Source of the DNA: a plasmid
Length of the DNA: 28,436 bases
Sequence record: NZ_CP021969.1
Strand: one strand, 5' to 3'
Shown piece after piece: positions 8,345 to 16,639 of this stretch. Below the pieces are notes generated by a model, which worked only from the letters and a program-made list of their open reading frames with translations, did no database searches and had not been told where the DNA came from. Made by a program: the position numbers and the translations under genes. How positions within the stretch are numbered: position 1 is the first letter of the stretch; each line of letters begins with the position of its first letter.

Positions 8345-8620
8345 TTATAAGGTTACCATTGATTTACTTTTATTGATTTTAGAATTCCTTATTTTTAAAA
8401 TCTCAAGTTCTTCGCGAAGTTTGTCGTTTTCCTTTTGTAATGCGTTTACATCAGCTTGCGTCCATTTTTCGCCGTCCACTTCGTGGACCGCGTACAGCTT
8501 GACCTAGTTACGGATTGAGTCGACCGAAGGTCCGTATTCAGCGGATAGATCAGTATATGAACGGCCTTGATTGTGCATCTCAACAAGAGACTGCTTAAAT
8601 TCTTTTTTGTATCGAATCAT
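8345..8620 (-). pseudogene. Truncated IS3-family transposase OrfA remnant with in-frame TAG (TGG to TAG) and loss of downstream orfB
   Basis: Minus-strand translation MIRYKKEFKQSLVEMHNQGRSYTDLSAEYGPSVDSIRN*VKLYAVHEVDGEKWTQADVNALQKENDKLREELEILK (HTH plus leucine-zipper typical of IS3 OrfA), then unrelated tail; RBS AGGAGC. Confidence 0.6.
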
Positions 8621-8733
8621 ATTAAAAAATGCTCCTATGCTATTAGTTTACAGGGCAGAAGAAAATCTGTCCGTAAATCTAGCATAAGAGCATTCCGCCA
8701 TTTAACTAGTCTTCTTTTCTTTTTTAGTTGTAA

Positions 8734-9312
8734 CTATTTACCAAAACGCCACCACTTTTTAGGTTTAGGTTGTGACTCCGGGGTGCTATTTTCAGGTTCC
8801 GGTTGTTTGTCTGACGTCACTTCTTTTTCACCATCATCATGCGGTGCCATCGTTAAGGCTTTCAAGTCCTTAATTTCTGCCTTGTATTCTTCGAGCAGTT
8901 GTTTGTCCTGTAAGGCTAGCCGTTGTTGTTGGTCTAATAAATTTTGCATTTGGTTCAATTGCTTAAAGTGTTGTGATTTAGTTTCTTTTAAATCTTCTAT
9001 TTGTGCATTCTGATACTTAATAATGTCATTTAAGTAGTTAATATCTGAATATTTTAGGTTGGCGTTTTCAAAGTTTTCGGTTTTTGATTCTGGTTGTTGA
9101 TATGTGTTTTCGGTTTTCGATTTATGGTTGTCGATTCCAGACGAAAACATTGTTCTTATAGCCTTTTGTCCGTTTTCGTTAACCAAAAACCGGTTCCCGT
9201 TTTTTGAAAACCATTGTTTTCGTTCGCTATCCGAAACTTTTTTGTTAATTGCAGTCTTACTAACTCCTAACTCATCAGCGAGTTCTCGAATTGTTTTTAA
9301 ATTTTCACTCAT
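8734..9312 (-). CDS. repB: Replication-associated protein RepB-like (N-terminal HTH, coiled-coil/DUF536-like C-terminus), 192 aa
   Basis: MSENLKTIRELADELGVSKTAINKK HTH; Q/E/K-rich coiled coil; start ATG overlaps the last 8 nt of repA (translational coupling), as in pUCL287-family replicons. Confidence 0.65.
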   Translation of the reverse strand: MSENLKTIRELADELGVSKTAINKKVSDSERKQWFSKNGNRFLVNENGQKAIRTMFSSGIDNHKSKTENTYQQPESKTENFENANLKYSDINYLNDIIKYQNAQIEDLKETKSQHFKQLNQMQNLLDQQQRLALQDKQLLEEYKAEIKDLKALTMAPHDDGEKEVTSDKQPEPENSTPESQPKPKKWWRFGK

Positions 9313-10459
9313 GATCTATATCCTGCCTTTTAACGATTGGTAGATACTGTTCAATCGATTTTTTAAGATACTTAGCAATATTCTTTTTCGAATAGTCATC
9401 TTGTTTGTCTCTGATATAGGCTAAGTGTTCTTTCACGCCCTTTAAACCACGTGACTCTTTTAATTCGTCATAAAGTGGATAAACATTTTTCTGTAACCCT
9501 GACAAAATAGTAGTATCCGTTAAATCAATATATGACAATAAAAACTGCTCCATAAGTAACTTTGTATAGGGACTTTTTATTGCCTTAACAGTCAACATAT
9601 CTTCTGTTTCTTCTTGACGGATCTTGCCCTCGATATAAACGGGATCATCTAGCTTGTAACTAATATCATCTGCCACTTGGTTTTTAGTGATATGAAAGAC
9701 AATACTCTCAATGCTGCGTCCTTTTTTTACTTTTTCATACGTAACATTAAAGCTGGTATGGTTTGTGATTTCTTTAATCGGATCTTTTAATACTCTTCTT
9801 TCAAAATCAGTAAACTTTTTATATTCACTCACCGTATCGGTCGTGTCGCGCAATTCCCGAATAGTGATTATCGGATTACGGTAACTTTCCACTTGCTCTT
9901 CTCTTCGCCCACCTTTAACGCTGTAATGCTCATATTGGTTGTAATTCATTGATAACCAACGGTACAAAATGATTGCATACTTGCTATTCAATTCAGAAAT
10001 TTCTGATAAGGCATGTTGCGTAAAATTGGTTTTGAGATTGATTAAATAAGGCATGATTTCGGGGCTAAATCGAATTAATACCTCATCATGATAATCAGTC
10101 CATTCCACATAAGGGATTGGCACAATACTAACGAATTTAAAACCTTTATCTTGTTCTTTTTTAATCTGAAAAAAAGCCTGTTTTTGCATTTTTTCAATTG
10201 CTTCTTTAAAACGACTATGTTTATTGCTATCATCCACGTTAAAAAAAGCAAATAACTCTTGCTTGGATAAATAAACTGTCTGGTCTTTCGGTGGATTTTC
10301 TGTATCAATTAAAGAAACAGCTAATTCAAACATTTTAAGCGGTGTTTTATCCATTTTGGCAATCGACGTGATTAGGCTATTATGTTCAACTACTTTTCGT
10401 TTTGATAATTCATTCAAGGTCTGTACCTGCCTTGTCTTTGATTCTGTTATAATAGACAT
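9305..10459 (-). CDS. repA: Theta-type replication initiator RepA (Rep_3 family, pUCL287-like), 384 aa
   Basis: N-terminus TLNELSKRKVVEHNSLITSIAKMDKTPLKMFELAVS typical of Rep_3 initiators; located immediately downstream of iterons. Confidence 0.9.
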   Translation of the reverse strand: MSIITESKTRQVQTLNELSKRKVVEHNSLITSIAKMDKTPLKMFELAVSLIDTENPPKDQTVYLSKQELFAFFNVDDSNKHSRFKEAIEKMQKQAFFQIKKEQDKGFKFVSIVPIPYVEWTDYHDEVLIRFSPEIMPYLINLKTNFTQHALSEISELNSKYAIILYRWLSMNYNQYEHYSVKGGRREEQVESYRNPIITIRELRDTTDTVSEYKKFTDFERRVLKDPIKEITNHTSFNVTYEKVKKGRSIESIVFHITKNQVADDISYKLDDPVYIEGKIRQEETEDMLTVKAIKSPYTKLLMEQFLLSYIDLTDTTILSGLQKNVYPLYDELKESRGLKGVKEHLAYIRDKQDDYSKKNIAKYLKKSIEQYLPIVKRQDIDHE

Positions 10460-10571
10460 ATAAATACGCTCCTTTAGGCGTGTTGTTGGATAAGCATAAA
10501 GAAAAACTTTTAGTCGGGAATTTCTTTATGCTTTTATTATAACATTATATAGCGACAAAATATTTTAAACA

Positions 10572-10647
10572 GTCGCTATATACATAGTTTTTTGTCGCTA
10601 TATACATAGTTTTTTGTCGCTATATACATAGTTTTTTGTCGCTATAT
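10572..10647. repeat. Origin iterons: 22-bp direct repeat GTCGCTATATACATAGTTTTTT x3 plus a 10-bp partial; inverted partial copy at 10547-10556
   Basis: Seen directly; 112 bp upstream of repA start on the replicon side. Confidence 0.8.
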
Positions 10648-10762
10648 TACCTATTAAACCCTTGATATTACTGAATTTCTAACTACGCAAAAGAACAAAA
10701 GATTAAAATATAAAAGATAAACTTATAATAGGCTCCGCCTTTTTATTGATTCAATAAAAAAC

Positions 10763-10818
10763 AAAACAAAAAGAACACTGGTGCACATAAATTTCGTACA
10801 GAGTGTTCTTTTTGTTTT
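10763..10818. terminator. Bidirectional terminator: 16-bp perfect stem (AAAACAAAAAGAACAC / GTGTTCTTTTTGTTTT) with 24-nt loop, T-runs on both sides
   Basis: Seen directly, about 150 nt downstream of mob stop (minus strand). Confidence 0.6.
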
Positions 10819-10960
10819 GAATCATTTCAAATGCTGGATACCTAGTTATCTATCATAATTGCCACTTATTAAGCCAATAGCGACGTTTTAAGTTACTTAA
10901 TGATTATTTCTACGTATTTCATCTAAAAACGCTTAGACGGGCAAATAAGCCGTTATAACG

Positions 10961-12196
10961 TTAGAGACTGGGTCCTTTAAAAATATCACGCGTTAATTCA
11001 ATGATCCGATTGATTAATGCTTTAACTTGTTCAATACCCCAATCTAATCTACTAGGTGCTATTTTGGTGTCTGGATCTTCTCTAGCTGTCGTCAAGGTTT
11101 TTAACCATGACTGGGCCGTTTTTTTATTTTTTGTCAGTTCTTCATGATCAAGCTTATAAAGGACATAGCGGGCCTCCACATCAGTAAAGGACAGTTTGTC
11201 GACACCATAATCATTTTTAAGCATATCGCGCATCACATAGTCCATCTTTTGCTTTTCTCGTTGATCTGCCTGCAGCGTTTGATGTGCTGCTTTCAGTTTT
11301 TGATAGTCTTCTTGGACAGCTGCTAGCTGCGCTTTGACTTGTCTTAACGTTTGCTTGAGTTCTTCCGTCTCATTCTGGCTTTGTAGGGTGGCTTTCTTCA
11401 TCGTGGCTAACACACTTTTAAAGCGATCTAAGTCATCTGGTTTAAGCACCGTCTTACCAAAGAGGTTTTTAGATAAGTCTTGTTTAAAGTCATCAATTTG
11501 TTTTTCGGCTAAGTCAACTTCGGTTAAGGCTTGATCCGTGATTTTGAGTACAGCCTGTTTAGCACGAATATTTTCTTCAACGTCAGCTAGTTCATCCTTC
11601 AAGGCGTTAAACTGATCATTGTATTTTTTGATTTCAGCGACATTCTCAAACGGTAAGGTTTTATTATTTAAAATGCCTTTTTCATAAAAAGGGAGCCCCT
11701 TTTTTAAATCCTGATCTAGATCCTCATGAAAGGTTTGTAGATCATGACGCGTTAGCACTTCTTTAGCGGATACTTTATAACGTGTCTTTTTATCATCAAA
11801 AACCACTGGGACAAAGGCATAGTGCAAGTGAGGGGTTGTCTCGTCATAATGCACGACAGCGGCCACGGCATTTTCTTGACCATAACGGCCATTAAGAAAA
11901 TTGGTGGTTGCTTCAAAAAAGGCGCTCTGTTGCTCGTAGGGCGCTTCTGTAAGTTCTTCAGGTAAAGTGACAATCCAAGTCGCTAACGCCTTCACATCGT
12001 CTCTTTTCATGCAATAAACGTCATTTAAACGCTCATTGAAACGTGAAAGCATATCAGAACCATCTGTCATCAGATCTTGATTCAGATAGGTTTTCGACAC
12101 ATCAATATCTTTGTTAGTGTGATGGTCGGTTTTACGCTCAAAATGAACGGCTAAACCAGGCACTGCACCACGGGTATTTTTCTTTAAATGCGCCAT
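10961..12196 (-). CDS. mob: MobV-family relaxase (Mob_Pre), 411 aa from ATG with GAGGAGG RBS
   Basis: MAHLKKNTRGAVPGLAVHFERK N-terminus, HYDETTPHLHYAFVP (HxDExxPHxH motif III); long coiled-coil C-terminus. The ORF-track start at 12241 is an upstream non-ATG extension. Confidence 0.9.
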   Translation of the reverse strand: MAHLKKNTRGAVPGLAVHFERKTDHHTNKDIDVSKTYLNQDLMTDGSDMLSRFNERLNDVYCMKRDDVKALATWIVTLPEELTEAPYEQQSAFFEATTNFLNGRYGQENAVAAVVHYDETTPHLHYAFVPVVFDDKKTRYKVSAKEVLTRHDLQTFHEDLDQDLKKGLPFYEKGILNNKTLPFENVAEIKKYNDQFNALKDELADVEENIRAKQAVLKITDQALTEVDLAEKQIDDFKQDLSKNLFGKTVLKPDDLDRFKSVLATMKKATLQSQNETEELKQTLRQVKAQLAAVQEDYQKLKAAHQTLQADQREKQKMDYVMRDMLKNDYGVDKLSFTDVEARYVLYKLDHEELTKNKKTAQSWLKTLTTAREDPDTKIAPSRLDWGIEQVKALINRIIELTRDIFKGPSL

Positions 12197-12253
12197 AAAA
12201 ATTGCCTCCTCGAAAAAGGTTTTACGAGACCAGTATAACACCGTTAAAAATCT

Positions 12254-12271
12254 GGTATAGCCTGTTATACC
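12254..12271 (-). other. Candidate oriT (pMV158/MobV-type): GGTATAGCCTGTTATACC inverted repeat
   Basis: Lies about 60 nt upstream of mob. Strongly resembles the pMV158 oriT core GTATAGTGTGTTATAC (from memory; nick expected inside the G-rich loop). Confidence 0.5.
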
Positions 12272-12289
12272 AAAATTCTATTTTGGACA

Positions 12290-12500
12290 GGCTCTGCGAG
12301 GCGTGTCATCGACAAGCGATGCCAGTAGCGTTTCCCCTTCCTGCTGGGGAAACTGCTATTTTACAGCGCCTATTATCCGGCTTGTAAAACCTCCGGCGGG
12401 TCACGCCGTGACAGGGCAATTTATCATTGCAGGATCACCTTCAGTGAGAGCATGTCATGCAGAACGCTACCCGCGCGGGGCAAGCTGGTGTCAGCTTAAC
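12290..12500. other. GC-rich (roughly 55% by eye vs about 35% surroundings) highly structured non-coding island; candidate ssoA-like single-strand origin or structured RNA
   Basis: Hairpins TTTCCCC-7nt-GGGGAAA, GTCAC-3nt-GTGAC, CCGG-12nt-CCGG, GCTG-4nt-CAGC; TAGCGT hexamer (CS-6-like) at 12320-12325; no RBS-preceded ORF. Confidence 0.3.
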
Positions 12501-12539
12501 CACAATAAAATAATCTGTAAACGTAAGTGTATAATAACA

Positions 12540-12620
12540 AAAAAATTGTAGTGGACTATCGCAATTAATAGGTGTTATACAATAAAAGCAAACAAAAAGG
12601 CACCCTTAAGGTGCCCACAT
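12540..12620 (+). ncRNA. Candidate antitoxin antisense RNA (RNA II-like), convergent with the Fst-like toxin mRNA and sharing its terminator
   Basis: TGTATAAT -10-like element at 12528-12535; ends at shared hairpin 12599-12615 plus T-run; AATAGGTGTTATACAAT (12567-12583) is repeated as AATATAGTGTTATAATG (12807-12823) in the toxin 5' leader. Confidence 0.3.
12599..12620. terminator. Bidirectional terminator GGCACC-CTTAA-GGTGCC flanked by A/T runs
   Basis: Seen directly, 10 nt beyond the toxin stop codon. Confidence 0.5.
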
Positions 12621-12624
12621 TATT

Positions 12625-12729
12625 TTAACGATCATTAAGATCATCAAAATAACGTTTAATTGCGAACGTCACAACAGCAACACAGATTGCGTTAAACAAT
12701 TGTGTAAGTTCTTGAAAAAAGTAAAACAT
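12625..12729 (-). CDS. Fst-like type I toxin peptide, 34 aa (MFYFFQELTQLFNAICVAVVTFAIKRYFDDLNDR)
   Basis: Perfect RBS AAGGAGG 9 nt upstream of ATG; single hydrophobic helix followed by a charged DDLNDR tail, as in Fst/Ldr-family toxins; identical and intact in copy 2 (26829..26933). Below ORF-track size cutoff. Confidence 0.55.
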   Translation of the reverse strand: MFYFFQELTQLFNAICVAVVTFAIKRYFDDLNDR

Positions 12730-13186
12730 GGAGTCTAAACCTCCTTGCCGTTGCAGTATAGTAGGAAACAACAGCTTTTTAAGTATATCATGTTTTGAAA
12801 TACCAATAATATAGTGTTATAATGTTAATAGAAGAAAGTACATGGAGACTAACCTCTCTAGTAAAAAGGGCTAGTGCGTAGGAACACCAGCTCTTTTTGT
12901 TTGTCTTTTTTGAAGCAAGTTTCCTTTCAGGGCAAGACAGTGTATAATTATAAACAATAACTGCCATGAAACAGCTCTGCTGTTTCAAAGGCTTGGGCCA
13001 GTACGCTGGGCAAGCCTGGTGGCCCACTTTAAAATACAGTGACGCTGATAGTATGATGGCTAGACTGTTATTTTGACAATTAAAGGCGCTTCAAAAAATT
13101 TCTTTAACCCCCAAATCACTAATAGGGGGGTTAAATTTACAAAAAAGCCAACAGGCAAACAACCCTCATGCTTACGGGGAGTCGGG

Positions 13187-13256
13187 TTACAGCGAAAAAA
13201 TATTCGTGTAAAAATCGCTGTAATAATGAAAATATGATGATAAAAATCGCCTGTAA
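13187..13256. repeat. Three copies of a 9-10-bp motif (TTACAGCGA inverted; TCGCTGTAA; TCGCCTGTAA) about 70-140 nt upstream of the 94-aa gene
   Basis: 13187-13195, 13215-13223, 13247-13256; each preceded by AAAAA. Candidate operator for the downstream gene. Confidence 0.4.
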
Positions 13257-13325
13257 GATGGCATTTTTTATTATATAAATCATTTTTAGGTTGCTATCAA
13301 GCTATTTACGATTAAGGAGGATTAT

Positions 13326-13610
13326 ATGACATACAATGCGATTAAAGGACGCTTTACACGCGTTGCGCCCGATAAATCGACAGTATACGGTGATAAGCAG
13401 TACACCTTTGCCTTAACACCAGAACAAAGTGAACAGATTGACCAGGCTGTTTATGCGGTTGTCCTGGCCAAAAATTACAAAACGACCTCGTTCTCAATTG
13501 ATGAGAAGTTAACGTTGTCTGACGAAGAAGTCGCCCAACACAAATTGGTGGTCCGTTTACGCCTCCGCAAAAAGCACAAACAGCCGTCTCATAAACCGCT
13601 CACGGACTAA
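13326..13610 (+). CDS. Hypothetical 94-aa protein with strongly basic C-terminal tail (RLRLRKKHKQPSHKPL)
   Basis: Perfect RBS TAAGGAGGATTAT-ATG; identical and intact in both copies (27531..27815). Confidence 0.7.
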   Translation: MTYNAIKGRFTRVAPDKSTVYGDKQYTFALTPEQSEQIDQAVYAVVLAKNYKTTSFSIDEKLTLSDEEVAQHKLVVRLRLRKKHKQPSHKPLTD

Positions 13611-13697
13611 AATTTCACAAATCCTAAAAGCCTTGCTACCAGCATTGTGAGAGCTAGACCAATTATTTTTAGCTCAATTCACAAGAACAGATCACAG

Positions 13698-13738
13698 AAA
13701 AAGCGCCAAACCCTATTTATTCAGGTTTGGCGCTTTTT
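13698..13738. terminator. Bidirectional rho-independent terminator: A5, 11-bp perfect stem (AGCGCCAAACC / GGTTTGGCGCT), T5
   Basis: Seen directly, between the convergent 94-aa gene and the XRE-TM gene. Confidence 0.7.
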
Positions 13739-13790
13739 AGTTTAGATAAGCTACATTATGTTTGTTGAGTTTCTAGTATTCCCCAGTTAC

Positions 13791-14302
13791 TTAATTAATA
13801 CTAGATCCGACAAACCCTCTTATCAAACCGTCTATAACTTCCATTACTGGTATAACTGCGTACAAAAATATCAACAGGCCTATGGCAATGATCAGTTTTT
13901 TATTTAAAATACTAATCAATGAATGCCAGTTAATTTTTGTTAGAATGTATATGATTAGCACAAGGATTGGAATAGCTAAATAAGTAGATACGTTTGATTC
14001 GATTGAAGCCAAAATAGCTGAGTAGAACAATTTTAAAATAAATAACCGATAGTTCCAACTACCATTGCACTGATTAGGCTTATCGTAACCACACGATAAA
14101 ATTTGCGTTCTTGTTGATTTTCTCTTAATTTTTCAACCATAGTTTCATCTCCCAAAAATAAATCATCTAATGACAAGTTTAAGTATTTAGATATTAAAAT
14201 AATATTTTCAATATCGGGTAACGTTTTACCTGTCTCCCAATTAGATATGGTTTTATTAGACACCAATAATTTATTAGCCAAATCCATTTGTGTTAGAGAC
14301 AT
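13791..14302 (-). CDS. XRE-family HTH transcriptional regulator fused to a C-terminal 3-TM membrane domain; split in this copy by a 1-nt homopolymer indel at about 14031
   Basis: N-terminus MSLTQMDLANKLLVSNKTISNWETGKTLPDIENIILISKYLNLSLDDLF (HTH_XRE); hydrophobic segments follow. Copy 2 reads through (…GTIGYLFLKLFYSAILAS…) with one extra A. Confidence 0.7.
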
Positions 14303-14836
14303 TTTTTTGCCTCTTTGCTTTTATCAAATTATGGAATATCACGACTATCCTCCCTGCACTTGTTATGACATTAAACATATCCCTATGACGTCAATTTAGC
14401 AATGGAAAGTCCTTACCAATCCTTATGATAAGGGTTCATTATCGTGCTATTTAAAGTTAACCAAATTGATTTGAGCTACTTCACTGCGCTTCAATTAATA
14501 TTTATTATGTTAGTTTATTTAGTTCAGCTGTTATTTTTCTACCAGAAGTCAAGTGTTTCAAGGTACTTGACTTCTTTTCTTTTTAGCTTCCTTCATTAAA
14601 AAAATCCAGATTAAGCAGTAAATTAACACAAAAATACCCTCAAATTATTTCTTCAACCTGATATATATTCAATATGCTATATATTGTTTGAATGGATAAA
14701 ATTAGACTATTAAAAAATGCCAATTTAACATAATTATCGGCTATAATTCTATAACATTTAATAAATGAGGATAATTGATTGATGAACACTATATTATTAA
14801 TTAAAAAAAGTTGAGCAAATTTTCTTGTTTTCTTTA

Positions 14837-14850
14837 TGAAAACGTTTACA
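14837..14850 (+). promoter_or_regulatory. cre site copy 2 (TGAAAACGTTTACA)
   Basis: Identical to 611-624. Confidence 0.45.
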
Positions 14851-14893
14851 ATTTAAGATGTTCATGGTGTGAAAAAATCAAAGGAGAACAAAC

Positions 14894-15909
14894 ATGGAAG
14901 CACTTGTGTTAACTGGTACAAAAAAATTAGAGGTTAAAAGCATTGAAAAACCTGGAGGTTAAGCCCAATGAAGTTTTGATTCATACAGCATTCGCTGGTA
15001 TTTGTGGTACTGATCATGCTTTGTATGCCGGCCTTCCCGGCTCAGCAGATGCTGTACCACCAATTGTTTTGGGTCATGAAAATTCCGGTGTTGTAGCTGA
15101 GATTGGTTCATCTGTTACAAACGTTAAGGTAGGAGACCGTGTGACGGTTGATCCTAATATTTACTGCGGTCAATGTAAGTATTGCCGTACGGGACGCCCA
15201 GAACTTTGCGAAAACTGTCGGCTGTTGGTGTTACACGTAATGGTGGATTTGAGGAATACTTTACGGCACCTGCATCAGTTGTTTACCAAATTCCTGATAA
15301 TGTGTCATTGAAGTCAGCTGCTGTGGTTGAACCTATTCATGTGCAGTGCACGGAATTAAGTTGCTTAAAGTAACACCATATCAAAAAGCTTAGTTATTGG
15401 TGATGGATTTATGGGTGAACTATTTGTTCAACTTTTGCAAGCTTATGGCATTCACCAAGTCGATTTGGCCGGTATTGTTCCTGAAAAGCTTGCTATGAAT
15501 AAAGAAAATTTTGGCGTGAAAAACACCTACAATACCAAAGATGGTGATAAAATTCCTGAGGGCGCTTATGATGTTGTTGTTGAAGCAGTTGGGTTTACCA
15601 CAAACACAAGAAGCAGCCATTGAGGCTTCAGCCCGTGGTGCTCAAGTTTTGATGTTTGGTGTTGGCGGTCCTGACGCAAAGTTCCAAATGAACACTTATG
15701 AAGTCTTCCAAAAGCAATTGACGATTCAAGGATCATTTATCAATCCAAATGCCTTTGAAGATTCATTGGCATTGTTGTCATCAGGCAAGTTGAATGTTGA
15801 GGATTTGATGTCACATGAATTAGACTACAAGACTGTTGACGATTTTGTTAACGGTAAGCTTGGTGTCGTTTCCAAAGCTGTGGTTAAGGTTGGCGGAGAA
15901 GAGGCATAA
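14894..15909 (+). pseudogene. Copy 2 of Zn-dependent dehydrogenase, broken into at least 4 frames by indels
   Basis: ORF-track fragments 14943..15311, 15182..15373, 15411..15623, 15541..15909 together reproduce the copy-1 protein. Confidence 0.8.
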
Positions 15910-15912
15910 TCA

Positions 15913-16639
15913 ATGGATTCACAAGACGTCTTAGACAGTAAAATTCATGGTCGCAAGTTAACAATTGGTGTCTCATTGTCTTATTTATTTTCTCTTTAGT
16001 GATTAATGCTGCCGGTAACGTTTTAACTGTTGTTACAAGTCAAAAATACACCCAACCTTTTTAGGATCAGCGTATTGGACTGCTGCATCAGCTGGAGTTA
16101 ATAAAGCGATATTTAATGGAAACAGCAGCATGCTGGGATGGGTGTTTTTCGTTATTGGTGTGGTTGTTGCTATTTTAAATGTCTTTCTTCAGGGACACTT
16201 TAACGCAAGAAAATTTTTTGGTAACATTGCATTCATGGTGCCTTTCTCCGCATTGATTAGTTATTTCGCCAATATCTTTTCAAGCATTATGCCTGATTCA
16301 CAAAGTATTGGTATGACAATTTTCTATGTTATTTTAAATTTTTTCGGTGTTTTCTTAATTGCCATTGCTATTTCTATTTATCAACGTGTTAATTTGGTAT
16401 TACATCCAGCAGATGATTTGATGCAAATTTTACGCTTTAAATATTTTAAAGGTTCCGCGGCCAAGGCCATGTGGGCGTCCTATATTCCACCAACTATCTT
16501 AGCTATTATTGCAATCATCATTTACCCTGATTTTTCAAATTATGGGTTAGGAACAGTTTTTGCCTTCTTATTCCAGGGTGGTATAACTGGTTGGGGAGAC
16601 AAGGCAATTTTCCCAAATTTAAAGCACCAAGGCGTGTAA
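15913..16639 (+). pseudogene. Copy 2 of membrane protein; N-terminal third frameshifted
   Basis: 16130..16639 matches the copy-1 C-terminal 169 aa exactly. Confidence 0.75.

Larger units (their letters stand above)
1..14229. repeat. Unit copy 1 of a ~14.2-kb sequence present twice head-to-tail; one complete plasmid-like unit
   Basis: Positions 1-60 recur at 14230-14290 and the window end (28422-28436) matches 14215-14229. All genes recur in the same order. Confidence 0.9.

Noticed and set aside
8567-9013. 148-aa plus-strand ORF (and 22764..23210)
   Set aside because: Antisense to repB-like gene and the IS remnant; Ser/Cys/Phe-rich composition artefact; no RBS.
10075-10308. 77-aa minus-strand ORF within repA
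   Set aside because: Alternative frame of repA on the same strand; no independent support.
10547-10647. Possible CRISPR array
   Set aside because: Identical 22-bp units abut directly with no unique spacers, and they lie just upstream of repA: these are iterons.
12303-12551. 82-aa ORF inside the GC-rich island (also 12202..12387)
   Set aside because: No RBS, and an atypical composition driven by local GC richness. The region is better explained as structured non-coding DNA.
12788-13027. 79-aa minus-strand ORF (123 aa in copy 2, 26992..27363) and plus-strand 90-aa ORF 27170..27442
   Set aside because: Length changes between copies with frameshifts; no RBS; no start context. The region is treated as non-coding or structured.
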